A model generated the notes under the pieces. That model was not told the DNA's origin. It searched no databases and saw nothing but the letters and a program-made list of their open reading frames with translations. Of a stretch of DNA of 64,000 nucleotides, positions 46,777-55,611 are shown in pieces. The stretch lies in NCBI GenBank assembly GCA_964392925.1, contig CAYMRP010000003.1, positions 50,786-114,785 on the forward strand, in the 5' to 3' direction. The translations under genes were made by a program, and so were the position numbers. The first letter of the stretch is position 1. Each line of letters starts with the position of its first letter. Source of the DNA: an uncultured Gammaproteobacteria bacterium (GTDB lineage Bacteria > Patescibacteriota > Microgenomatia > Daviesbacterales > UBA10151).

Positions 46777-47973
46777 ATGATTCTATATGAATTTGAAGGA
46801 AAAAAGTTATTAATAGATGCCGGAATTGCAGTTCCCTCCTCGCAACTTATTAGCTCACTAGATGAGGAAGTTTCTTTACAATATCCGCTTGTTTTGAAGG
46901 CGCAAGTTTTATCAGGAAAAAGGGCGGATGCCGGTGGAATATTATTTGCTGAAAATGAAGAAGAGTATAGAAATGGGATTAAGAGGCTCTTGGACTCAGT
47001 TATAAATAAAGAAAAAGTAGAACAGGTTTTAGTTGAGGAGAAGGCAGAAATTGAGAAAGAGTATTATGTTTCAATTTCTTATAACACAGAAACCCGCGGA
47101 GCTGTTTTAACTTTATCTGAATCTGGGGGAACCGGTATCGAGGACAGAGAAGCAAATACGTATAAAGTATCAAGTGTTAAGTATCAAGCCGGCGAGGAAG
47201 CAGTTAAGTTTGATGAACTGGGCAAATTAGAGGGAGTAGATGGAGAGGTTATTAATGATTTAATTAAAATGTTTTTTGATCAGGATTGTTCGCTTTTGGA
47301 AGTTAATCCATTAGTTAAAACCAGATCAGGGGAGTGGATGGCTTTGGACGCAAAAGTAAAATTAGATGACTTTGCAAAACCGAGACACAAGGATGAGTGG
47401 GATTATTCTCCGAGATCAGCTCCAGGTCATACGCCTACCAGAGGCGAAATTGAAGCTAAAAAAATAGATGAAGGTGATTATAGAGGGACTGCTGGTTCTT
47501 CATATTTTGATATTGAGGGTGGTGATATCGCGGTTTTGTCATCCGGAGGGGGTGTTTCTTTGACAGCTTTGGATTCTCTAATTAATTACGGAGGAAAGCC
47601 AGCTAATTTTACTGAATATTCTGGGAATCCACCAAAAGAGAAGGTAGCAAAGCTAACTAAAGTTGTCCTAGATAAGCCTAATATTCATGGCCTTTGGGTT
47701 ATTGGGACTGTTGTTGCGAACTTTACTGATATTTACGAGACGCTATCGGGATTTATTGAAGGATTAAAAGAAACGGAAAAGTTACTGGGCAGGAAATTTG
47801 ATTTTCCAATTGTTATCCGCAGAGGAGGTCCTAGAGTAGAGGAGGCTTATGAGATGTTGAAGAACGTAAAAGAGTTTGATTTTCATTTGCAGGCTGGGGA
47901 GACTTCTATAGCGCAATCGGCGAAGACTATGGCAGAGCTTGCTAAGGAGTATGAATTAAGAATTAAGGGCTAA
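46777..47973 (+). CDS. ATP-grasp subunit, succinyl-CoA synthetase beta / ATP-citrate lyase small-subunit (AclB/CcsA)-like
   Basis: MILYEFEGKKLLIDAGIAVP N-terminus (SucC-like). 398 aa. Followed by an alpha-like subunit and a citrate-synthase-like gene. Confidence 0.7.
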   Translation: MILYEFEGKKLLIDAGIAVPSSQLISSLDEEVSLQYPLVLKAQVLSGKRADAGGILFAENEEEYRNGIKRLLDSVINKEKVEQVLVEEKAEIEKEYYVSISYNTETRGAVLTLSESGGTGIEDREANTYKVSSVKYQAGEEAVKFDELGKLEGVDGEVINDLIKMFFDQDCSLLEVNPLVKTRSGEWMALDAKVKLDDFAKPRHKDEWDYSPRSAPGHTPTRGEIEAKKIDEGDYRGTAGSSYFDIEGGDIAVLSSGGGVSLTALDSLINYGGKPANFTEYSGNPPKEKVAKLTKVVLDKPNIHGLWVIGTVVANFTDIYETLSGFIEGLKETEKLLGRKFDFPIVIRRGGPRVEEAYEMLKNVKEFDFHLQAGETSIAQSAKTMAELAKEYELRIKG

Positions 47974-47978
47974 GTATT

Positions 47979-48881
47979 ATGGGAAATAGATTATTAAAAA
48001 AGGATGCTAAATTAATAGGACAAGGGTTAACGGGGACTGAGGGGGCGAGGGCTTTGCCTAGGATGACTTCTTACGGCACAAAAATCGTGGCCGGAGTGAC
48101 ACCTGGCAAAGGTGGGCAGGAAGTGGAAGGGGTGCCGATATTTAACTCAGTTAAAGAGGCTGTTGAAGCAGTTGGGCCAGTCGATGGTACGGTTCAATTT
48201 GTCCCTCCGTTATTTGTTAAAGGAGCTGTTAAAGAAGCGATTGAGGCCGGATTAAAATTTATTTTAATCAGTGCGGAGAAAGTCCCAACTTCTGATGAGG
48301 CGTATATGTATGAACTAGCTGAGAATAATGGGGCGAGTATTATTGGTCCAAATTCGGTGGGACTTTTAAGTACTCATAATAGAATTAGATTAGGGTTAAT
48401 CGGGGGTTCTGATCCAGAGAAAGTATTTATGCCGGGGGAAATTGCGATTGTCTCTAAATCCGGATCAATGACGGCAGAGATTGGGCTTCATTTAAAAAAT
48501 AATGGTTTAGGAACATCATGGGCTGTTGGGATAGGCGGGGATATTGTGGAAGGAACTGATTTTGCGGATTTTTTACTTGAACTTGAGGATGATGCAAATA
48601 CGAAAGCCTCGGTCATTTTTGGAGAATTAGGGGGAACATATGAAGAGAAAGTGGGGGATTTAGTTAAAGCAGGCAAAATTACAAAACCTGTTGTGGCTTT
48701 GATCGCTGGAGACTTCACTATGAAATTACCTAATGAGGTTCAGTTTGGTCATGCAGGTGCTATTATTGAAGGAGAGAGAGGACTTCCTGACTATAAGCGG
48801 AAATTCTTACGAGAAGCGGGAGTGAAAGTGGCAAACTCGATTGATGAAATTGCGGAGCTTTTGAAGCAGTCTTTAAAATAA
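47979..48881 (+). CDS. CoA-binding subunit, succinyl-CoA synthetase alpha / AclA N-terminal (CcsB)-like, with phospho-His motif
   Basis: CoA-binding Rossmann (GLTGTEG…) and the conserved catalytic-His loop VQFGHAGAIIEG. Confidence 0.75.
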   Translation: MGNRLLKKDAKLIGQGLTGTEGARALPRMTSYGTKIVAGVTPGKGGQEVEGVPIFNSVKEAVEAVGPVDGTVQFVPPLFVKGAVKEAIEAGLKFILISAEKVPTSDEAYMYELAENNGASIIGPNSVGLLSTHNRIRLGLIGGSDPEKVFMPGEIAIVSKSGSMTAEIGLHLKNNGLGTSWAVGIGGDIVEGTDFADFLLELEDDANTKASVIFGELGGTYEEKVGDLVKAGKITKPVVALIAGDFTMKLPNEVQFGHAGAIIEGERGLPDYKRKFLREAGVKVANSIDEIAELLKQSLK

Positions 48882-48883
48882 AA

Positions 48884-49561
48884 ATGGCTATTACAATTAC
48901 ACATGTTGATGATGATGAAACTAAGCCGGCGCTTTTTGAGGAGCAAGATCTTTTGGAGTTAGCCCAGAAGATTTCATTTGCCGAATTGATTTTTGAGATG
49001 TTGACTGAGAGAAAGCCTTCTGAGGCAGAAGCTAAGCTGCTTAATTTAATTTTGAATTTATCAGCCGATCATGGACCTAATGCCCCGTCAGCAGTGGCGA
49101 CAATTGCAGCTACTAAAGAAGGCAAAACAATGGGTGAATCGGTTGGGGAAGGTATGGCGCAGATTGGTGATCGGCATGGCGGAGCAGGAGGGCCTTTGAT
49201 GGAATTGATGTACAGGATCAAGAACCAAGGGACAAGTATTAAGGGAGAAGTTGAAGATGTCTTAAAAGAGGGAAAAAGGATTCCGGGGATGGGTCATCGA
49301 GTCTATAAAGATATTGATCCGAGGGCGCAGTTGATTATGAAAACGGCAGTTGATAATGGAGTGGGTGAGGAATTTGTGAAGCTGGTGAATGAAATAAGAG
49401 ATGAGATTGAGAGACAGTCTGGTAAGAGCTTGCCGGTTAATATAGATGGAGCAATTGCTGCTGTTTTTTGCGGATTTGGCTTAAAGCCGGAATTTGGGAT
49501 TGCAGTATTCATAGTGGCGAGAGCTCCTGGGCTATGTGCTCATTTTATTAATAATTCCTAA
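48884..49561 (+). CDS. Citrate-synthase-like domain protein (citryl-CoA lyase / ACL C-terminal-like), apparently C-terminally short
   Basis: LNLSADHGPNAPSA…GPLMEL…GHRVYKDIDPRA…ARAPGLCAH are hallmark citrate synthase blocks. The protein ends 6 residues after the AH block. Confidence 0.65.
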   Translation: MAITITHVDDDETKPALFEEQDLLELAQKISFAELIFEMLTERKPSEAEAKLLNLILNLSADHGPNAPSAVATIAATKEGKTMGESVGEGMAQIGDRHGGAGGPLMELMYRIKNQGTSIKGEVEDVLKEGKRIPGMGHRVYKDIDPRAQLIMKTAVDNGVGEEFVKLVNEIRDEIERQSGKSLPVNIDGAIAAVFCGFGLKPEFGIAVFIVARAPGLCAHFINNS

Positions 49562-49662
49562 AAAAGTGTTTGGATTTTATTGCGGGGCGAGCTTGAAAAT
49601 TTTCACGGATTCTGCCTATAATAATCATCTACTTAGGAAGACGGACCTGGGTTACTTTCTGT

Positions 49663-50307
49663 ATGATAAAAGGTCTGTCTCTTTTAATTCTCGGCGGTGG
49701 AGTATTTGTATTAATGCAGGTTGTGATGCCGTTTGTGTCTTTCAAAATGTGGGAGATTTTTGCTTTTGAAAATGAGACGGCGTTAGTTGATCCAGCACCT
49801 GTAAGCACTAATGGGGATTTGGCTCCAGAATTTCAAATTGAAACTGTCAATAATTTTCCGATTTTTGTAGCGAAACCGAGAGCAAATGCGCCATCGTACT
49901 ACGAATTTAAAGTGTCTGTTCCGAAGATAAAACTTGAATCTGTAACAGCGAAAGTTGAGAGTTTGAAGTTCGATGAATTTTTAGGACATCTGCCTGGATC
50001 TGCTTTGCCAGGAGAGAAAGGGAATGTTTTTCTTTCCGGGCATTCTATGTTGCCTAATTTAGCTTCAAAAGATACAAAGGCTTTTTTTGCAAAACTTCCC
50101 GATGTTAAAAAAGGAGATGAGATTATTGTTGATGCTTTGGGTCAAAGATATGTTTATAAAGTGACAGAGCTAAAGATTGTGGATCCTAAAGATATAAGTG
50201 TAGTTTATCCGCCGGATTCGAATGGGCGTTATATTTCCCTGATGACTTGTGTGCCGCCAGGGTTTAATGCGAAGAGGCTAGTTGTTATAGGAAAACTTAG
50301 CATTTAG
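49663..50307 (+). CDS. Sortase-family transpeptidase
   Basis: N-terminal TM. VFLSGHSM (catalytic His), LMTCVPPG (TLxTC Cys), NAKRLVV (Arg). Confidence 0.6.
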   Translation: MIKGLSLLILGGGVFVLMQVVMPFVSFKMWEIFAFENETALVDPAPVSTNGDLAPEFQIETVNNFPIFVAKPRANAPSYYEFKVSVPKIKLESVTAKVESLKFDEFLGHLPGSALPGEKGNVFLSGHSMLPNLASKDTKAFFAKLPDVKKGDEIIVDALGQRYVYKVTELKIVDPKDISVVYPPDSNGRYISLMTCVPPGFNAKRLVVIGKLSI

Positions 50308-50336
50308 AATACCCTAACTAGTGAAAGACTTAAATA

Positions 50337-50975
50337 ATGGAATCGGTTGGATCCCCGGAATTTAAAACTCAAAACGAAATACTATCAGATGAACTTAAGT
50401 CTTTATTTGAAAGAATGCTTCCTATGGATCTAAGAGAAGCGGAGGCAGTTGATGTGGTAAGTGTTGCCAGCGGCCAGTTTGTACAAGAGTTAGCGGGAGT
50501 GTACTCATTAATCCCAGGAGTAAGAGAATTTAGGGCTGTGGATAGAGGAATTCAAGAAGGACTATTAAAAATCCTTAATGATCAAAAAAGTAGTTTTAAA
50601 GGGTTTAGACTTGAGAATGGAGATGTTAGCAATGGAGATGTATTAGGTCAGTCCCGATATGATCTAGCAATTCTGAGAAATCCTCAAGTAGGCTCACTTA
50701 CAACACCGGGTGAGGTAAATCCTGAGTGGAAGCTGATAATTCAAAATACACTTGATTGTGTGAAGCCTGGAGGGTATTTATTGATCAGTGGGCATTTTCC
50801 TGATGAATTCGAAAGGACTATGGATTTTATAAAGAGGACAGGGGTGGGATGTGAGATTTTAACACAGGAAGATCCAATAACGCCATCTCTCAAATCCGGA
50901 ATACCCATGAAAGAGAGCAGTATTGCATTATTGAGAAAGCCGGTTGCACCTATGGCTATCCCTACTTCACGTTAA
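50337..50975 (+). CDS. Hypothetical protein, possible class I SAM-methyltransferase fold
   Basis: VDVVSVASGQF (motif I-like) and DCVKPGGYLLISG (motif post-II-like). Weak. Confidence 0.3.
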   Translation: MESVGSPEFKTQNEILSDELKSLFERMLPMDLREAEAVDVVSVASGQFVQELAGVYSLIPGVREFRAVDRGIQEGLLKILNDQKSSFKGFRLENGDVSNGDVLGQSRYDLAILRNPQVGSLTTPGEVNPEWKLIIQNTLDCVKPGGYLLISGHFPDEFERTMDFIKRTGVGCEILTQEDPITPSLKSGIPMKESSIALLRKPVAPMAIPTSR

Positions 50976-50994
50976 TAGCTTGTGATTTTACAGC

Positions 50995-52758
50995 ATGTTA
51001 GAAATCCTTTACAATCCAGTCATGACATTTAAAAAACTGGCGGAGTATTTTGAGAAATTAGAAGAGACTTCTTCGCGATTATCCTTAATTGATATATTAT
51101 CGGAACTTTTTTCTGAGGTTTCTCCTGATGAGGTGCCGATGGTTTCTTATTTAATACAAGGAAGAGTAGCCCCTTTTTATGAGCCTGTTGAAATTGGAAT
51201 GGCGGAAAAGAATGTGGCGGCATCGATTGCTAGAGCATATGGTGTTGATAGAGAAGAGGTTTTAACACTATATGGAAAAGTTGGAGATTTAGGAAAGGCT
51301 GCTTTGGAACTGAGCCAGAAGAAAAATCACAAAAGCCAGAGCCTAACAATTAAAGAAGTCTTTGAGACGCTAAAGGAAATTGCAGGATTTTCAGGAGACG
51401 GGACTGTTGAAAAGAAAATCTCAACTTTGGTGGGATTGCTGGAAAAAGCTAGCGGAATAGAAGCCAAGCACTTAGTTAGGATTCCAATCGGAACATCACG
51501 CCTGGGGATTGGTGATCCGACTGTTTTAGATGCCTTTGCTAAGGCTAAATTGGGCGATCGATCAAAGAGGAAGCTCTTAGAGGGGGCATACAACAAAGTG
51601 TCTGATTTAGGACTTATTGGAAAGACTTTGTGGGAGGGCGGGCTTCCAGCAGTTCAAAAGCTGGATGTAGAGTTTGGAAGACCTATTAGAAGTCAGCTTT
51701 GCGAAAGATTGCCTGACCCGAAATCAATTTTGGAAAAATATGGAGGAGATGCTCATGTGCAATATAAATACGACGGTTTTAGGATTCAGATACATAAAAA
51801 GGGAAAACAAGTAAGATTATTTTCGCGTAATTTAGAGGAAACAACGCCAATGTTTCCAGATATTATCGAAGGTGTTTTAAAACAAATTAAAGCTGATTCG
51901 ATAATATTGGATTCAGAAGGATTGGCGTATAACCCGGAGTCAGAGGAATTTTTGCCGTTTCAGGAAACTACGAAAAGAAGAAGAAGACACGGAATTGAGG
52001 ATGCGGCAAAAACTTTACCACTCAAAGCATTTGTTTTTGACATCATGTATATCAACGGAAAATCTTTAGTTGACACCCCGTTATCTGAGAGATTGCAAAT
52101 TATGGCAAAAGCGATCGATGGAGATGAGGTTTTAATTGAACAGCCAGGAATATTTATGAATGATGCTGCTAAGATGGATGCAATGCTGCAGGATGCACTG
52201 ACTAAAGGGTTAGAGGGGTTAATTGTTAAAAGGCCTGATTCTTTGTATGAGGCTGGGGCGCGTAATTTTAACTGGATTAAATTAAAGCGTCATTCCTCGG
52301 GCGAACTTAAAGACACGATTGATTGTGTAATTTTGGGATATATTTTTGGTAGAGGGAAACGGGCTGATTTTGGGGCAGGGGCATTATTAGTTGGGGTTTA
52401 TGATAAGGAAAAAGATGAATTTGTGACTGTTTCTAAAATAGGGACTGGGTTAACAGATGAAGAGTGGAGGGAGATTCATAGACGGGCAGATAAGATTAAG
52501 GTTGATCATAAACCGGCAAGAGTGAATGCAGTCATGGAACCTTCAGTTTGGATTAAGCCGGAAATTGTGATTGAAGTTTTAGCAGATGAGATTACAAAAT
52601 CTCCAACTCATACGGCAGGTAAAACGGATACGGAGCCTGGATATGCTTTACGATTTCCAAGACTGGTTAAGTTTAGAGATGCGGATAAAAGAGCTGAGGA
52701 TAGTACGACTGTTTCAGAGCTGGTAAAAATGTATAGCGCTCAGTATTCGAAAAAGTAG
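50995..52758 (+). CDS. ATP-dependent DNA ligase (Lig1/archaeal-type: DNA-binding + adenylation + OB domains)
   Basis: Motif I KYDGFR (Lys adenylation), motif III, motif IV EGLIVK, motif V, OB domain. N-terminal DBD (…FEKLEETSSRLSLIDILSELF). An alternative ATG at 51022 sits 7 nt after a TACAAT box, suggesting a leaderless start. Confidence 0.85.
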   Translation: MLEILYNPVMTFKKLAEYFEKLEETSSRLSLIDILSELFSEVSPDEVPMVSYLIQGRVAPFYEPVEIGMAEKNVAASIARAYGVDREEVLTLYGKVGDLGKAALELSQKKNHKSQSLTIKEVFETLKEIAGFSGDGTVEKKISTLVGLLEKASGIEAKHLVRIPIGTSRLGIGDPTVLDAFAKAKLGDRSKRKLLEGAYNKVSDLGLIGKTLWEGGLPAVQKLDVEFGRPIRSQLCERLPDPKSILEKYGGDAHVQYKYDGFRIQIHKKGKQVRLFSRNLEETTPMFPDIIEGVLKQIKADSIILDSEGLAYNPESEEFLPFQETTKRRRRHGIEDAAKTLPLKAFVFDIMYINGKSLVDTPLSERLQIMAKAIDGDEVLIEQPGIFMNDAAKMDAMLQDALTKGLEGLIVKRPDSLYEAGARNFNWIKLKRHSSGELKDTIDCVILGYIFGRGKRADFGAGALLVGVYDKEKDEFVTVSKIGTGLTDEEWREIHRRADKIKVDHKPARVNAVMEPSVWIKPEIVIEVLADEITKSPTHTAGKTDTEPGYALRFPRLVKFRDADKRAEDSTTVSELVKMYSAQYSKK

Positions 52759-52793
52759 ACTTTGTTAAAATCTTCGCGTCATGCAAATATGGG

Positions 52794-53240
52794 TTAGAGA
52801 TATCTAAATTTCGTGGCTAAACAAGTATTTATCTGTTGAGGTGCTCCTGTAATTCGAATAACTCTTTCGGGTTGTCCACTAAGCCCTGAAAATGGCTCAC
52901 TCATGCCAATCTTGAGCTCTGGTAAATCAAATAATCTTCTTATTGGATCGCCGGAGCCATTCCTGAAGTCACTATCAAGAACAAAAACATCCGTTGCGCC
53001 GGGATTATTTAGTTCTGGTGTTGCCAAAACTCCTAGTACCGGTATTCGTTTAGGACTCACTTCTAAAATAATTCTAGGTTTTCCGACAAGGTCCTTGGGT
53101 TTTGCATTTAGTAGAGCCCAGAGGCCTTTTCTAAGAGAGAGGATCTCTTCTTTATTAGGATTCCTATCAATAGCTGTGGGGTCGATGGCGGAAGCTCCTT
53201 GTGCTAACCTCATGACACCTTCCCTTAAAGTTTCTGGCAT
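52794..53240 (-). CDS. R3H-domain nucleic-acid-binding protein (Jag C-terminal-like)
   Basis: C-terminal MSEPFSGLSGQPERVIRIT parallels the R3H block of Jag (M..ERR.IH…SEGEEPNRRVVI). Confidence 0.4.
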   Translation of the reverse strand: MPETLREGVMRLAQGASAIDPTAIDRNPNKEEILSLRKGLWALLNAKPKDLVGKPRIILEVSPKRIPVLGVLATPELNNPGATDVFVLDSDFRNGSGDPIRRLFDLPELKIGMSEPFSGLSGQPERVIRITGAPQQINTCLATKFRYL

Positions 53241-53245
53241 ATAGC

Positions 53246-54064
53246 CTATAATTTAAACAGAATGTGTCCATTTGTACTTGACAAATTTCTGACATTTTCT
53301 ATGGGTTCATTTTTTAGATTGGCGATGAAATTGGCAATTATTTCTAGATTTGCCGGTTGATTTAAGGAGGTGCCTGCTGATTTTAAGGGTTCAGGAATAA
53401 AGTAAGGGGAGTCCGTTTCCAGAACTAGTAGGTCGAGAGGGAGTCTTTTAAGGAAATCTTGTTTTTCGGAATCGTATGTTATGTCACCGTCAATGCCAAT
53501 GAAAACTTGATGTTTTAAGGCAAAATCCAGAATTTTTTGATCAGGTTCACAGCAATGAAAGACTGATCTTTGCTCTAAGAAAGGATCCCAATTGGCTTCT
53601 AAAATTTCTAATAGTTCAGGGACTGTTTCGCGGTTGTGGATGATTAGGGGTTTTTGGTGTTTTATAGCCAGCTTTATTTGCTCTTTAAAGAAAAGTTTTT
53701 GAAGATCAATAAACTCTTTAGATATTATGTAATTCTGGTAATGAGTCTTTTCGTAGATATGGCGGTCGAGGCCGGTTTCACCGATGGCGATTACTTTTGG
53801 GTTGTTGATGAGGGATTCCAATTCGGAAATTGCTTCTAAAGCGTTATCAGTCCCTACAAAAGGAAAAACATGATGGGGGTGGATGCCGATGGCGGCATAT
53901 AATTCATCATATTTTTCTGCGAGATCGATGGCTTTTTTGGAGGTTTCGAGGTTTGTTCCGACAACAATCATTTTCTCTATACCCACGTTTTTAGCTGACT
54001 GAATGATTTCAGCAACTTTCCCCTCAAAAGCCTTGAATTGTAGATGTGTGTGGCTATCGATCAT
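53246..54064 (-). CDS. TatD-family metal-dependent deoxyribonuclease/hydrolase
   Basis: MIDSHTHLQF N-terminus, HxH, later His/Glu/Asp ligands typical of TatD. Confidence 0.85.
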   Translation of the reverse strand: MIDSHTHLQFKAFEGKVAEIIQSAKNVGIEKMIVVGTNLETSKKAIDLAEKYDELYAAIGIHPHHVFPFVGTDNALEAISELESLINNPKVIAIGETGLDRHIYEKTHYQNYIISKEFIDLQKLFFKEQIKLAIKHQKPLIIHNRETVPELLEILEANWDPFLEQRSVFHCCEPDQKILDFALKHQVFIGIDGDITYDSEKQDFLKRLPLDLLVLETDSPYFIPEPLKSAGTSLNQPANLEIIANFIANLKNEPIENVRNLSSTNGHILFKL

Positions 54065-54124
54065 ATTGTTGGAACTACATTTTAGTTGATTTTTTGGACT
54101 ATTAGCTATAACCTACTTTAACTT

Positions 54125-55387
54125 ATGGGGTTTGTGGCGGATTTACATATTCATTCAAGATTTTCTCAAGCTTGTTCGAAATATCTAACGATTCCAAATT
54201 TAGCACTGTGGGCCAAGTATAAAGGAATTGATTTAATGGGAACCGGAGATTGTTTGCATCCTTTATGGCATGCGGAATTGAGGCGGGATTTAAAAGAGAC
54301 GAAAGATGGTTATGAATATAACGGTATTAAATTTTTGCCGACAGTTGAAGTGTCGTGCATTTATAAACAAGGCGGAAGCGTAAGAAGAATTCATACTTTG
54401 ATTTTTTTACCGACTTTAGAATCAGCAGAAATGTTATCTAAAGTCTTAGCCAAAATGGGAAAAAATTTAGTGTCGGATGGAAGGCCGATACTCGGAATGT
54501 CATCTAAGGAGTTGTGTGAAGTAGTGTTTGGGGTAGAGAAAAAAGCCTTGATAATTCCGGCCCATATTTGGACTCCGTGGTTTTCTTTGTTTGGTTCAGA
54601 GTCAGGGTATGATTTTTTGGAAGAATGTTTTGGCGGGTATTCTGATCAAATTTATGCTGTTGAAACTGGTTTATCGAGCGAACCTTTAATGAATTGGCGG
54701 GTTTCACAGCTTGATAATAAGGCAATCGTATCGTTTTCAGATGCACATTCATTACCCCGACTAGGAAGGGAAGTGACGATATTTAAAGGCGAGCCGACTT
54801 TTGAACAACTAAGAAATAATTTGATTAAGAGGCAGATTGTGGAGACGGTTGAATTTTTTCCTGAAGAGGGGAAGTATCATTATTCAGGGCATCGCAAATG
54901 CGGAGTTGTTTATGACACAGCAGAACTTAAAGCGAGAGGAGAGATCTGTCCTGTTTGTGGGAGGAAATTGACATTGGGGGTATTGAATAGGACTGAGGAG
55001 TTAGCTGATCGGGGGACGCAGGAAATAAGAGTGATAAATCAAGGAGGAGTAATAAGTTCTGGGGTATTTCCCGATAGAGCGGGGTTTAGGATGCTGGTGC
55101 AGCTTGAGGAAATTATTGCAGCAAGTATGGGGTTTTCGGTTGCTTCGCAGAAAGTTCAAAAAGAATATTTAAGACTTGTAACAACACTGGCTCCAGAATT
55201 ATTAATACTCACTAAACTTTCAATCGAGGATATTGAAAAAAATGCTGGTGCTAGAATTGCTGAGGGAGTCAAGAGAGTTCGGGAAGGCATGGTTGCAATT
55301 AGGCCAGGGTTTGATAATACTTATGGCAAAGTTAGGATTTGGAGTGATGAAGAGAAAGCTCAGAATAAACAAATTGAATTGTTTTAA
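54125..55387 (+). CDS. PHP-domain protein with Zn-finger, endonuclease Q-like
   Basis: N-terminal ADLHIHSRFSQA PHP motif. CPVCGRKL zinc-finger-like element. About 420 aa, as for EndoQ. Not confirmed. Confidence 0.4.
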   Translation: MGFVADLHIHSRFSQACSKYLTIPNLALWAKYKGIDLMGTGDCLHPLWHAELRRDLKETKDGYEYNGIKFLPTVEVSCIYKQGGSVRRIHTLIFLPTLESAEMLSKVLAKMGKNLVSDGRPILGMSSKELCEVVFGVEKKALIIPAHIWTPWFSLFGSESGYDFLEECFGGYSDQIYAVETGLSSEPLMNWRVSQLDNKAIVSFSDAHSLPRLGREVTIFKGEPTFEQLRNNLIKRQIVETVEFFPEEGKYHYSGHRKCGVVYDTAELKARGEICPVCGRKLTLGVLNRTEELADRGTQEIRVINQGGVISSGVFPDRAGFRMLVQLEEIIAASMGFSVASQKVQKEYLRLVTTLAPELLILTKLSIEDIEKNAGARIAEGVKRVREGMVAIRPGFDNTYGKVRIWSDEEKAQNKQIELF

Positions 55388-55611
55388 TGATTAAACTTGG
55401 AAGATACAAGCATTATAAAGGCGGATTATATAAAGTTTTAGGTATAGTTAAGCATAGCGAAACACTTGAAGAGTTGGTTTTGTATGAATGTTTATATGAG
55501 AATAAAACTGCTAAAGCTTGGGTTAGGCCGCTTAAGATGTTTAATGAAAAAATAAAATTAAATGGTAAAATGGTTGCGAGGTTTGAATATTTAGGAGAAG
55601 TAGATGACTGA
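55387..55611 (+). CDS. DUF1653-family small protein
   Basis: YKHYKGGLYKVLG…HSETLEELVLYE.LY pattern. Confidence 0.5.
   Translation: MIKLGRYKHYKGGLYKVLGIVKHSETLEELVLYECLYENKTAKAWVRPLKMFNEKIKLNGKMVARFEYLGEVDD

Noticed and set aside
49536-49769. 77-aa ORF overlapping the end of the citrate-synthase-like gene
   Set aside because: Its translation is low-complexity and Cys/Phe-rich without motifs. It sits in a promoter region (TATAAT at 49616) for the sortase gene, so it is likely non-coding.
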